A DNA stretch of 64,000 nt from Candidatus Moraniibacteriota bacterium (GCA_030679995.1 JAUXSK010000006.1:10328-74327); one strand, 5' to 3'; positions 19,595-29,729 are shown, counted from the first letter of the stretch. Made by a program: numbers and translations. Notes: generated by a model from the sequence alone, not told the origin.

Positions 19595-20776
19595 GTGAAA
19601 ATCGGAATCAACGCGTCATTCGCCAGAAAAGCTTCATCCGGCATCGGCCAGGTGACGACCAACTTTTTGAAAAAGTTGGCAGTTTCCAATTCCAAATTTC
19701 AAATTTCAAAAAATGAGAAATTGGAATTTGTTTTGTATTTGGAAGAAGATTTGCCGGAAGATATCAAATTGCCGGAAAATTTTGAGAAAAGGATTTTTTT
19801 GCCTTTCTGGAAGCGGGACGATCTGGTCCGCAAGATCTTGTGGGAAAAATATTATTTGCCGAAAAAGGCCAGGCGCGACGGTTGTGATGTTTTTTTCTCG
19901 CTTTACCAATGCCCGACTATCCTGCCGGCTGGAATCAAACACCTGATGCTGGTGCATGACATCGTGCCCAAGCTGTTTCCGGAATATTTGAACAATTCGC
20001 GCAAGAAGATTTATTGGTCTTTGACGGAAAAGGCGATCAAGCGCGCGGACAAGCTCCTGGCGGTTTCGGTCAGGACGGAAAAGGATCTGATCCGACATTT
20101 GGGAATTAAAGCTGAGGATGTCAGTGTGAATTATAATGATTGCGATAAGATATATAAATCAAAAATTTCCCAAGCCAAAAGCCGGGAAATTTTGCGGAAA
20201 TACAAATTGAAATCGGGTTATATATTGGCTGGCGGAGGTATGGAAGTCAGGAAAAACGTGGAGGGCGTCATCCGCGCGTATAAATATCTAGTGGAATTGA
20301 ATAAAAAAGCGCGCTTCATCAAGGAAATGCCCGTATTGGCGATATATGGAAAGCTGCTGCCCCAATTGGCGCCACTGGCGCTGGATGCTGAAAAATTGGT
20401 GCGCGAACTCAACTTGACCAGGCGGGTAAAATTATTAGACAGGACGCCTCAGGCGGATATGCCGGCCTTGTTCGCAAACGCGCTTTTTTTCGCATACCCG
20501 TCGCGCTATGAAGGTTTTGGCATTCCGGTTTTAGAGGCGATGAGTATCGGTATGCCGGTCGTAACTTCAAAGACGACATCTTTGCCGGAAGTCGGCCTGG
20601 ATAGTATCTTATATTGCGATCCGGACGATATCGACGATATCGCGATGGTGATGAAAAACATCCTGGTTAATCCGGAATTGCGCGCCGTGTTGGCGCGCCG
20701 CAGCAAAGAGCGTTCAGGTTATTTTTCTTGGGACAGATTTGTCGATAAGACACTTAACGTAATCAAAAATTTGTAG
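19595..20776 (+). CDS. glycosyltransferase family 4
   Basis: SGIG, VHD, RKNV and PSRYEGFGIPVLEAM motifs. Confidence 0.9.
   Translation: MKIGINASFARKASSGIGQVTTNFLKKLAVSNSKFQISKNEKLEFVLYLEEDLPEDIKLPENFEKRIFLPFWKRDDLVRKILWEKYYLPKKARRDGCDVFFSLYQCPTILPAGIKHLMLVHDIVPKLFPEYLNNSRKKIYWSLTEKAIKRADKLLAVSVRTEKDLIRHLGIKAEDVSVNYNDCDKIYKSKISQAKSREILRKYKLKSGYILAGGGMEVRKNVEGVIRAYKYLVELNKKARFIKEMPVLAIYGKLLPQLAPLALDAEKLVRELNLTRRVKLLDRTPQADMPALFANALFFAYPSRYEGFGIPVLEAMSIGMPVVTSKTTSLPEVGLDSILYCDPDDIDDIAMVMKNILVNPELRAVLARRSKERSGYFSWDRFVDKTLNVIKNL
19683..19710 (+). repeat. heptamer tandem repeat (TTTCAAA-like x4) inside GT4 gene
   Basis: tttccaa ttccaaa tttcaaa tttcaaa. Confidence 0.6.
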
Positions 20777-20790
20777 CGGTACAGAGAAAT

Positions 20791-22386
20791 ATGTTTGGAA
20801 AGAATCAGAATAGAATATTTTTATTAGGTGCCAATGTGTCATTGGTTCTGTTTTTGATTATATTATCCAATCTGGAAATCTTGCCGATGGGGATGGGCGA
20901 TTTTGTATTTTTCGCGATTTTGACCCTAGCCCTAGCCCTGTACCGTCCTGGCTGGGTTTTCTTGTTTTTCGCAAGCACGATTATGTTGGAAAATATAAAT
21001 TTGGCGCCGATAGAACTGGGAATCGCCATCCGTCCGTATCAGTTTTTCGGGGGAATGACGATCCTGGCTATGCTCATCAGGTTATTAGCCAAGCGGCTTG
21101 ATTTCAAACTTGCAAGGTTGGTCTGGCCGGACTATCTGGTTATTGTTTTGGCGCTGGCCGGCTTTTTGAGCGCCATAGGTTCGCCAGCCAGGGGTGTCAG
21201 CCTGAAACAATCGATCGTATTAGCTTCGTTTGCGGCCTTGTATTTTTTAACGCGGAATTTTTTGCAAACAAGCGGGGATATTAAAAAAACCATTCCGTTT
21301 TTTTTAAGCTCGTCGGCAACGATGGTCGGTTACGGTATCTGGCAGAATGCGCGCTTCGCGCATAACCTGCCAAGTTTCGAAGTGATGCCGGGGCGGTCCA
21401 ACGCCACATTCGCGGAAGCGGATTGGCTAGGGATATATCTTTCATTGTTGCTGGCTGTCATTTACAGCTTGATATTTTATCTCAGCAGGAAAAAAGAGGC
21501 GAGTCTGGCCGGCGATGTTCAAATTTCAAATTTCAAATTTCAAATTTTTCAAACCACCCTATACTCGATGTTGATTGCCACATACGCATTGCTGATTTTG
21601 ACCGTTTCGCGCAGTGCGTGGCTGGGGGCGCTAGGCGTGACTTTTATTTTTTTGTTTGTGGTATTCACGCGTCTGAAATTCCGGCCGGGTGACTGGCGAT
21701 GGAAAGACGTAATCGGGTTTAAAATCAGGATTATCGGCGCCTTGGCAATCAGCGTCGCAGCAGTCTATTTTTTCAATCTGACGGATTTCCAATTAGGCAA
21801 TCGGTTGCAAAGCACCGGAACGGGATTGCAGAAAATCACTATTAGCTGTCAAAATGAGGAGCTAAGTCCCAATGAAGGCGACTTAGTCCCCGTTGAGGAA
21901 TTGGAGAATATAGGTTGTCGCCATATTGACTTGGAAGAGATCGCTAATGAAAAAGCCAGGGGCAATTTCGTAACCGAAGTGTATCGCGATGATCCGAATG
22001 TCAGCATCAGAAGCGCGATTTATGGGAAATCATGGGGATTGATCAAAGCGCATCCTTTTTGGGGAATCGGCTGGGGGAGCATCAGTGTTTATTTGGGACA
22101 GGATGAGCGCGGAGCGGGACTCAACGCGAGCAATATATTTCTAGAAGTTTGGCTGGGGTCAGGCCTCATAGGTTTGGTAGCCTTTATTTTGCTCTGGATG
22201 GTCGTCCTAGCCAGGGCTCTTGTTGATTTTTTGCAGGATGATCCAGAAATGGAAAACGTCGGGATTTTCTTGCTGCTTGGTTTTTTTGCCATTCTCATTC
22301 CGAACCTGTTCAATTCCGGAATTATGCTGGGATATCTGTGGCTGTTCCTAGGTGCGTCTTTTATCGATAATAAAGTAAAAAAATAA
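20791..22386 (+). CDS. O-antigen ligase/polymerase (Wzy_C) family protein
   Basis: Multi-TM; TVSRSAWLG, HPFWGIGWG, NIFLEVW...GLIG. Confidence 0.8.
   Translation: MFGKNQNRIFLLGANVSLVLFLIILSNLEILPMGMGDFVFFAILTLALALYRPGWVFLFFASTIMLENINLAPIELGIAIRPYQFFGGMTILAMLIRLLAKRLDFKLARLVWPDYLVIVLALAGFLSAIGSPARGVSLKQSIVLASFAALYFLTRNFLQTSGDIKKTIPFFLSSSATMVGYGIWQNARFAHNLPSFEVMPGRSNATFAEADWLGIYLSLLLAVIYSLIFYLSRKKEASLAGDVQISNFKFQIFQTTLYSMLIATYALLILTVSRSAWLGALGVTFIFLFVVFTRLKFRPGDWRWKDVIGFKIRIIGALAISVAAVYFFNLTDFQLGNRLQSTGTGLQKITISCQNEELSPNEGDLVPVEELENIGCRHIDLEEIANEKARGNFVTEVYRDDPNVSIRSAIYGKSWGLIKAHPFWGIGWGSISVYLGQDERGAGLNASNIFLEVWLGSGLIGLVAFILLWMVVLARALVDFLQDDPEMENVGIFLLLGFFAILIPNLFNSGIMLGYLWLFLGASFIDNKVKK
21517..21553 (+). 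repeat. heptamer tandem repeat (TTTCAAA x4-5) inside O-antigen ligase gene
   Basis: gttcaaa tttcaaa tttcaaa tttcaaa tt tttcaaa. Confidence 0.7.
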
Positions 22387-22387
22387 T

Positions 22388-23545
22388 ATGCGAATTGCGA
22401 TCGACATCCGGAATATCGGCAAAAAAAGGACCGGTGATGAGGTCGTGTTTTTCAATTTGGTGAAAAATCTTTCCGTCATCGACAGGGAAAACGATTATTG
22501 CCTATTGACTGATCGGAATCCTTCCCAGGATTCAGATTTGCAGGCAGCCCTGGAATCTTTGCGGTTGGCGCCTAATTTCAAGGTCGTCAACTTGTGTGAA
22601 AACGGAGCTGGAAAGATTTTGTGGAACGTTTGGATTTTGCCGGAATATTTGCGCCGTAATCCGGTAGATATCCTGCAAGTGCAATATATCACACCGTTTT
22701 TCGTTTCCCACAAAATCAAAATCGTAACCATCATCCATGACGTATCTTTCAGGGTTTTCCCAAAGCTGATAAAAAAGATGGATTTGTTTTTTTTGAGCAC
22801 TCTGATTCCCTTGAGCCTGAGACGCGCCGATAAGATAATCGGGGTCTCACGGTTCACCGCCCAAGAAATCATCAAATATTATGGAGTCGCTCCGGAAAAA
22901 GTCGACTGGATCTATAACGCGGTAGCGGACAGTTTCCGGGAAAGCTATACGAAAGAGCAGGCGGAGGCGGTCAGGCGGAAATATGATCTTCCGCGGAATT
23001 TCATCCTCTATATCGGGACACTTCAACCAAGAAAGAATCTGCCGGCGCTGATTGAAGCCTATGTCAGGATTCCGACGGAAAAACGCGGCTATTGCAAATT
23101 GGTTTTGGCAGGCGGGCGTGGGCATAACTTTGATCGAATGATTGATGAGTTTATCGAGGATTATTCTTTGCAGGAATATGTGATTTTGCCGGGCTTCATC
23201 GACGAGGTCGACAAACCTCTTCTGATGGGATTGGCGCAGGTTTTTTGTTTCCCCTCCTTGTATGAGGGTTTCGGCATCCCGATTTTGGAAGCGATGACGC
23301 TTGGAGTGCCAGTGATAGCCTCAAACATCCCGCCGCATAGTGAAATAACGGAAGGCGCGGCGCTATTGTTTGATGCGGATGATGCGGATGATTTCGCTGA
23401 CAAGCTTACTCAAATCGTGATAAATGACTCATTAAGGCTTACTTTGAGCCAAAAAGGACTATCCCAAGCCGCAAAGTTCTCATGGTTGAAAACCGCGGAA
23501 AGGACGCTAGATATTTATCGAAAATTATGCAACATATCCAATTGA
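22388..23545 (+). CDS. glycosyltransferase family 4
   Basis: IHD, GTLQPRKNL and PSLYEGFGIPILEAM motifs. Confidence 0.9.
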   Translation: MRIAIDIRNIGKKRTGDEVVFFNLVKNLSVIDRENDYCLLTDRNPSQDSDLQAALESLRLAPNFKVVNLCENGAGKILWNVWILPEYLRRNPVDILQVQYITPFFVSHKIKIVTIIHDVSFRVFPKLIKKMDLFFLSTLIPLSLRRADKIIGVSRFTAQEIIKYYGVAPEKVDWIYNAVADSFRESYTKEQAEAVRRKYDLPRNFILYIGTLQPRKNLPALIEAYVRIPTEKRGYCKLVLAGGRGHNFDRMIDEFIEDYSLQEYVILPGFIDEVDKPLLMGLAQVFCFPSLYEGFGIPILEAMTLGVPVIASNIPPHSEITEGAALLFDADDADDFADKLTQIVINDSLRLTLSQKGLSQAAKFSWLKTAERTLDIYRKLCNISN

Positions 23546-23573
23546 TTGACAATACGTGGATTCAAAGTAAAAT
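23546..23573 (+). promoter_or_regulatory. sigma70-like promoter TTGACA-16-TAAAAT for the LCP gene
   Basis: Near-consensus hexamers upstream of 23637. Confidence 0.5.
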
Positions 23574-23636
23574 ATACATTAATGCCTGTTCCAACGGATA
23601 GGGATTGGATTTATTTATTAATTAAAGGAAAAAGTA

Positions 23637-24851
23637 ATGTCTTACATTGAAAAAAACAACCCGCAACTGAGCGCTTCACGTTTTGGGTTTATGAAAAAAA
23701 CATGGTTCAAGATCGCAGCTGCGATCGCGGTCGTTTTGATTGCCGTCGTGGGCGTATTTGCCTGGAAGACGGATAATGTCTTAAAGAAAATTTCCGATGG
23801 CGGATTATTGGAAAGCTTATCGCGTTCAATTCCCGGAGTCAATAATGACGTCAAGGGAGAATCGGAAGGCCGGATAAATATTCTGCTTTTGGGGATGCGC
23901 GGAGTTGATCTGCCGGGTGGCGGAAATCTGGCGGATACCATAATGTTGGCGAGTATCCTGCCGAAAGAGAATAAGGTGGCGATGATTTCCATCCCGCGCG
24001 ATTTGTATGTGACGGTTCCCGGAACTGGAGACAGACAGAAAATCAACGCGGTGCACGCTTACGGAGAACAAAAGGGCGAAGGACAGGGAATGGAGGATAT
24101 GAAGACAGCCGTTTCCGAAGTGACCGGTTTGCCGATCCATTATGCGGTACGCACCAATTTTGCCGGATTCAAACAATTGATTGACGCGGTCGGTGGAATC
24201 GAAGTGACCTTGAGTCAGCCATTTGATGAATCGCTGCAATTCAACCAGGAACACGTCTGCGATTCATTCTTCAATATTCCGACAGGAAATGTTGAAAATA
24301 AGACAGTGAAATATTTCAGTAAGACTTTACAGGCCTACAAGACCAGGATCGTAGCTACCTATCCGCTATGCAATGCTCCGCAAGACACCTTGGAGTGCGG
24401 CGGAAACTTCAAATTGCCAGCCGGAAAACAAACATTAAACGGAGATCAAGCGCTTTGTTTCGCTAGGTCGAGATATGCCACGAGTGATTTTGAGCGGGCC
24501 AAAAGGCAGCAGGAAATCATCCAATTGGTCAAGGATAGGTTGATGAGCGCCGGAACACTGACTGATTTCAGCAAAGTGAATGGCATTCTGGACAGCTTGG
24601 GAGATAACGTGAAGACGGATATGAAATCTTGGGAGATGAAAAAAATGTATGAGATCTATAGCGGAATGGTTAATCCGCAAATCTATCGCCGGGTATTAGA
24701 GAATTCCGAAGAGGGCTTATTGTACAATCCGCCGCAGGGTGATGCGGGATATATATTGCTTCCGATCGGGGATAATTATGACAAGATCCGCGATATGGCG
24801 AAAAACATCTTTACGATGCCGGCGCAAACCGATATCAAGCCTAAAATATAA
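23637..24851 (+). CDS. LCP (LytR-CpsA-Psr) glycopolymer transferase
   Basis: NILLLG, DTIML, SIPRDLYV, KINA, RSRY...SDFERAKRQQ. Confidence 0.9.
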   Translation: MSYIEKNNPQLSASRFGFMKKTWFKIAAAIAVVLIAVVGVFAWKTDNVLKKISDGGLLESLSRSIPGVNNDVKGESEGRINILLLGMRGVDLPGGGNLADTIMLASILPKENKVAMISIPRDLYVTVPGTGDRQKINAVHAYGEQKGEGQGMEDMKTAVSEVTGLPIHYAVRTNFAGFKQLIDAVGGIEVTLSQPFDESLQFNQEHVCDSFFNIPTGNVENKTVKYFSKTLQAYKTRIVATYPLCNAPQDTLECGGNFKLPAGKQTLNGDQALCFARSRYATSDFERAKRQQEIIQLVKDRLMSAGTLTDFSKVNGILDSLGDNVKTDMKSWEMKKMYEIYSGMVNPQIYRRVLENSEEGLLYNPPQGDAGYILLPIGDNYDKIRDMAKNIFTMPAQTDIKPKI

Positions 24852-24958
24852 GGTGAAAAACCGCATTCCGGCTATGGGAATAGAGTCATCGAGATTATCT
24901 TAGGATTGGATTTTTCATTCCCAGTCGGCCCGATGCCGGAATATAATTAAAAATAGAT

Positions 24959-26239
24959 ATGCAAGAAGAACAATCGGTACATCCGGCAGTGTATGAAGAG
25001 GAGAAGAATCATCGGCTTTTCAAACGGTATTTCTTGTTTTTCATCGTGCTGTTCCTGGTGGTCGGAAGTTTTTGGATCGGCTATACAAATGGCCAGAAAT
25101 CGACGGAATCGGCAAATCAAAGTTATCCTATCGATTCGACCGTTGTCACGAATAAATTCCTGACAGGAGAAAGGGAAGTGGACTTTGATCTTTTTTGGAA
25201 AGTTTGGGATTTGCTCAAGGAAAAGTATGTCAATCATGATTCTCTGGACGCGCAGGAGTTGGTCTATGGCGCGATCAAAGGAATGTTGGCGGCGACGAAG
25301 GATCCCTATACGACTTTTTTCGATCCCAAGGAAACCCAGGAATTCGACCAGGATATCAGCGGGAGCTTTGAGGGAATCGGAGCGGAACTCGGAGTGAAGG
25401 ATGGGATACTGACGGTCATCGCTCCACTGGACGGTTCGCCGTCGCAAAAGGCCGGGCTTCTGGCTGGAGATAAAATTTTGCAAATCGACGGCAAATCGAC
25501 GACGGATGTGTCGATCGATCAAGCAGTCGATCTCATACGCGGCAAGAAAGGTTCGCAAGTGAAATTGGTAATTTTACATAAAGGCGATCAGGAGACTACG
25601 GAGATTTCGATAACCCGCGAAATGATCAAGGTCAAGAGTGTTAAAATCGAATTCAAGGAAAATAATATCGCATATTTGAAAATAAACCAATTTGGCGAAA
25701 AAACTTCCGATGAGTTCGATGCGGCGATGAATCAGATAATCTCCCGCGGTTCGAAAGGGGTTGTCTTAGATTTGCGCAATAATCCCGGAGGCTTTCTGAC
25801 TTCATCGGTTGAAATCGCCAGCCGCTTGATTCCTCGGGGAAAAGTGGTCGTGACCGAAGAAGATGGAGCCGGCAAGAAAGATAGTTTATATACCGGCGGC
25901 GGCGATAAACTTAGCGGAATTCCGACGGTAGTCTTGATAAATGAAGGCAGCGCCAGCGCCTCGGAGATTTTGGCGGGCGCTTTGCGGGATAATCGGAACA
26001 TCCAACTGATCGGGAAAAAATCATTCGGCAAAGGTTCGGTGCAGGAGTTGATCAGTCTGCCGAACAAATCTAGCGTCAAGATAACCGTGGCTAAATGGCT
26101 GACGCCCAACGGTGATTATATAATGGAAAAGGGCATCAGTCCGGATATCGATGTGGACTTGACCGTGGATGATTTCAAAAACGACCGGGATCCGCAACTT
26201 GACCGGGCAATGGAAAAGATCAAGGAAATAATGAAATAA
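24959..26239 (+). CDS. ctpA: carboxyl-terminal processing protease, S41 family with PDZ domain
   Basis: GIGA PDZ loop, DLRNNPGG, SASASEI, FGKGSVQ. Confidence 0.92.
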   Translation: MQEEQSVHPAVYEEEKNHRLFKRYFLFFIVLFLVVGSFWIGYTNGQKSTESANQSYPIDSTVVTNKFLTGEREVDFDLFWKVWDLLKEKYVNHDSLDAQELVYGAIKGMLAATKDPYTTFFDPKETQEFDQDISGSFEGIGAELGVKDGILTVIAPLDGSPSQKAGLLAGDKILQIDGKSTTDVSIDQAVDLIRGKKGSQVKLVILHKGDQETTEISITREMIKVKSVKIEFKENNIAYLKINQFGEKTSDEFDAAMNQIISRGSKGVVLDLRNNPGGFLTSSVEIASRLIPRGKVVVTEEDGAGKKDSLYTGGGDKLSGIPTVVLINEGSASASEILAGALRDNRNIQLIGKKSFGKGSVQELISLPNKSSVKITVAKWLTPNGDYIMEKGISPDIDVDLTVDDFKNDRDPQLDRAMEKIKEIMK

Positions 26240-26291
26240 AATTTTGTTCCTAAGGCTGAATGTTAGATACACTAATAATTAAGCAAACAAA

Positions 26292-27236
26292 ATGGAATTA
26301 TTGAGGACTTTCCGGAACTTGGGTAAAGGCGATGCTGGCTTGGCAGGAGGCAAAGGCGCTTCATTGGGCGAAATGACACAATCCGGCATTCCGGTGCCAC
26401 CCGGTTTTGTGGTTTTGGCCGGGACTTTCGAGAAATTTCTGGAAGAAACTGATTTGGGCGTCGAGGTTGATGCGATTCTGCATACAGTGGATCACAATGC
26501 GATGCATACGGTCGAAGAAGCTTCGGAAAAAATCCAGACTTTGATTAAGAACGCCCAGATGCCAGGAGATATCGCCAAGGAGATAGAAAGGGAATTTAAA
26601 AAACTCGGCGCTGAATTTGTGGCAGTGCGATCGAGTGCGACAGCGGAAGACGGAGCGGAAAACGCCTGGGCAGGACAGTTGGATTCTTATCTCAATACGA
26701 CCGAGAAAGACTTACTAGAAAAAGTCCAACATTGTTGGGCTTCACTTTTTACTCCCAGAGCCATTTTTTATCGGTTTGAAAAAAATCTTCACAAGCAAAA
26801 AATTTCGGTGGCGGTGGTAGTGCAAAAAATGGTGGAGAGCGAATTTTCCGGCATCGCTTTTTCGGTGCATCCGGTGACAGAGGACTACAATCAGCTCATC
26901 ATCGAAGCCGGTTTCGGCTTGGGCGAAGCGATCGTATCCGGACAAATCACCCCAGACAGTTATGTGGTGGAAAAAAATCCGAGGAATATTTTGGATATCA
27001 ACGTTTCTACGCAGGAACGCGGAATTTATCGGGCGAAAAACGGCGGCAACGAGTGGCGGGATATTCCCGAGCCGCAAGCGTCCGCGCAAGTCCTGACGGA
27101 AAAACAAATTTTGGAATTGTCGGAAATAATCCTTGGCATCGAAAAACATTACGGTTTTCCTTGCGATATCGAATGGGCGTTCGAGGGCGGCAAATTCTAC
27201 ATCGTCCAAAGCCGGCCGATTACGACTTTAAATTAA
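26292..27236 (+). CDS. stand-alone PEP synthase/PPDK N-terminal ATP-grasp (nucleotide-binding) domain
   Basis: GGKGASLGEM, VAVRSSATAED, AGQ, VVVQKMV, GLGEAIVSG, DIEWA...IVQSRPIT, then a stop; no His or barrel domain. Confidence 0.9.
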   Translation: MELLRTFRNLGKGDAGLAGGKGASLGEMTQSGIPVPPGFVVLAGTFEKFLEETDLGVEVDAILHTVDHNAMHTVEEASEKIQTLIKNAQMPGDIAKEIEREFKKLGAEFVAVRSSATAEDGAENAWAGQLDSYLNTTEKDLLEKVQHCWASLFTPRAIFYRFEKNLHKQKISVAVVVQKMVESEFSGIAFSVHPVTEDYNQLIIEAGFGLGEAIVSGQITPDSYVVEKNPRNILDINVSTQERGIYRAKNGGNEWRDIPEPQASAQVLTEKQILELSEIILGIEKHYGFPCDIEWAFEGGKFYIVQSRPITTLN

Positions 27237-27351
27237 GAAGTCTTGGTGGATTATCCCAATATTGTAGCTGGCTGGATAAAGGTTATTCGATGCCGGCTGA
27301 ATTCAGCGGAGGTGGGCGCGAAGCGGGGGCTGGGATAATAATTAGTTGTAT

Positions 27352-28197
27352 ATGAATATGACTGGAAAAAAACTTCCCTGGAACAAGCAATTGGCAAAAG
27401 ATTGGAAAAATTATCCCGCGCCCGTCAGACCGGGACTGGAAATGGCTATATACGAAAAAATCATCAAAAGGGTTCTTGCAGGCAATAAGAATCCGAGGAT
27501 TTTAATTTTGGGGTCGACGCCGGAATTCCGCGATTTGCTTTTGAAGCATAAAATAACGCCGATTTGTTGCGATGTGAATCCGGAGGTATATAAGGCGTTG
27601 AAGATTTTAATGGAAAGGAATGGAAAAGAATTATTCGTTGAATCTGACTGGCTTGATCTGGACGATGCGCATAGATTCGACTTGATAATGGGCCATAACG
27701 TTATCAATATGATCCCGATAAATAAACAAGGCCTTTTTATAAAAAATATTGCCGACAATTTGAAGCCGGATGGGATATTCGCGACTACCGTAGTAATACG
27801 TCCGGTACGCAAAGACGTAAATCCGGCTGATGGGTTTGAAAGATACAGGAAGCTGCGAATCAAGACGGGCAAAAAAATGCTTTTTATGATATCTTACCCG
27901 GACCTGGTGTTTTCAATAGGGCAGAAAAAAGGATATTATACGCCGTCCGGAATATTATCGAAGTTGCGCGATATGCGTAGAAAACGGATTATTGATGATC
28001 CGGAATTTAAGACGATGCTTGAATTTATTAAGCCGAGCAGCCTGAAAATCAGATTGCCGCTAAGGGACAAGTTGGAAAATACTTTTAATAAATATTATCT
28101 GATTGAAGATGTCAAAAGCATAACCGATAAATATTTCGATCCCAGCTATTGGCCCATTTATATTTTAAGAAAAAATGGATATTCCCAAAAATTATAA
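27352..28197 (+). CDS. class I SAM-dependent methyltransferase-like protein (LGSTPExRD family)
   Basis: ILILGSTPEFRD, CDVN, DW...FDLIMG, LKPDGIF. Confidence 0.7.
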   Translation: MNMTGKKLPWNKQLAKDWKNYPAPVRPGLEMAIYEKIIKRVLAGNKNPRILILGSTPEFRDLLLKHKITPICCDVNPEVYKALKILMERNGKELFVESDWLDLDDAHRFDLIMGHNVINMIPINKQGLFIKNIADNLKPDGIFATTVVIRPVRKDVNPADGFERYRKLRIKTGKKMLFMISYPDLVFSIGQKKGYYTPSGILSKLRDMRRKRIIDDPEFKTMLEFIKPSSLKIRLPLRDKLENTFNKYYLIEDVKSITDKYFDPSYWPIYILRKNGYSQKL

Positions 28198-29695
28198 AGA
28201 AATAATTGAAAAATCTATCCAGGGCGAATGGCACTTGTTGGGCAATCGGAATGCCCCGCCATTTTTGCTTTGGCTTAAGATGCTAGCTTTGAATAGTGAT
28301 GAAATGAGAAGGATATATGGTACGACCGTAACGGGAGCTGTTATCTACAAGGATTCATTTATCAAATTTTATTTTTTGAGCGATACATTTAAAGAAGTTA
28401 TTAAGTCAGCCACTGAGATATTATTTTCTGAGAATAAGGCGAAAGGTCAATTGGATCAAGTATTGATTTTGCAAGATTATGCCAGAAAGAAAGCGGCTTT
28501 TTTTCTGGAGGAAGATTTAAGAAATTTGAGCGACGGGGAATTATGGAAAAAATATGAAGAAGCCGCCGCTTGCTATGTCAGGCCCCTTCTTTACGGATTT
28601 CTGACTTGGTGCGTTCCGGTTTTCACTGATTATGCCAAATCGATATTAAGGAAACACTTTGATAAGATAGTCGGATTCGATGTGGATGAAAAAACCGCTT
28701 TTGGAATATTGATCACTCCGCATGAGAGATCCCCATATTCCGAAAAAAACGAAGCTCTCGATCGATTGGCGATAAAATATAAAAAACAAATTGGAGAAAT
28801 AAATGGAGATATGGAGGATAAGATAAAGGAAGAATGTCCCGAGTTGGATGCTGATATTTTGGAGTTTTTGGCCAAGTATAAATGGATCGGGTATGATTAC
28901 AGCGGTCCAGCCATTGATTATGGCGAAGTTTTGAAAGATATCAAGGAAAGAAGCCTTGGGATAAACATTGGAAAACAACGGAAAATAAGCAGGGATGGCA
29001 TCATTGAAAAGTGCGGCTTCAGCCCTTCCGAGAAAAACGTATTCGATATTTTTTCCCAACTTACTTACGTCAAGGATGCGCGGAACAGCGGGGATGATTT
29101 CATCCATTTTTGTTTGATAGAATATTTTTTCACTGAGGTCGGCAGAAGATTCGGTTTGACCAAGGAAGCGGTTCAGTTTTTATCTCCCGGGGAATTGGAA
29201 AAAATGTTAAAAGAAAATAAAGTTTACAGCGAGGAATATATAAACGAAAAAAAGAGGTGCTATGTCGCTACCACTATCGACAAAGAAGGAATCAAGAAAT
29301 ATTACGCAGGAAATGAGGCTGAGAAATTTCTAAACAAAATAGAAAAAAAGATAGACCATAGTGAAACAAGAGAATTCAGAGGAACCGTGGCTTGTATCGG
29401 AAAAGTTACGGCAAGAGTTAAAATAGTAAATACTTTTGAAGAATTGTATAAAATAAAAGAAGGAGATGTTTTGGTAACGCATATGACAAGCCCCAGATTC
29501 ATGTCTGCGATTAAAAAGGCGGGCGCGATAATCACCAATGAGGGAGGAGTGACTTGCCACGCCGCTATCATCTCCCGCGAATTTAAAATCCCTTGCATCG
29601 TCGGCACTAAAATCGCCACGCAAGTCTTGAAAGATGGGGATTTGGTGGAGGTGGATGCGGATAAGGGGATCGTGAGAATATTGAATAAATCGTGA
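28175..29695 (+). CDS. PEP-utilising enzyme mobile (phospho-His swivel) domain protein with large helical N-terminal domain
   Basis: C-terminal GDVLVT...TSP...ITNEGGVTCHAAIISRE...VDADKG. Confidence 0.85.
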   Translation: MDIPKNYKEIIEKSIQGEWHLLGNRNAPPFLLWLKMLALNSDEMRRIYGTTVTGAVIYKDSFIKFYFLSDTFKEVIKSATEILFSENKAKGQLDQVLILQDYARKKAAFFLEEDLRNLSDGELWKKYEEAAACYVRPLLYGFLTWCVPVFTDYAKSILRKHFDKIVGFDVDEKTAFGILITPHERSPYSEKNEALDRLAIKYKKQIGEINGDMEDKIKEECPELDADILEFLAKYKWIGYDYSGPAIDYGEVLKDIKERSLGINIGKQRKISRDGIIEKCGFSPSEKNVFDIFSQLTYVKDARNSGDDFIHFCLIEYFFTEVGRRFGLTKEAVQFLSPGELEKMLKENKVYSEEYINEKKRCYVATTIDKEGIKKYYAGNEAEKFLNKIEKKIDHSETREFRGTVACIGKVTARVKIVNTFEELYKIKEGDVLVTHMTSPRFMSAIKKAGAIITNEGGVTCHAAIISREFKIPCIVGTKIATQVLKDGDLVEVDADKGIVRILNKS

Positions 29696-29729
29696 TATAA
29701 TAAAAACATAAATATTTAAGAATAAATTT

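Noticed and set aside
26292-29695. Frameshifted or pseudogenised ppsA
   Set aside because: The ATP-grasp ORF ends exactly at the domain boundary and is followed by an unrelated intact gene. The swivel genes have their own long N-termini and no PEP-binding barrel remnant is visible.
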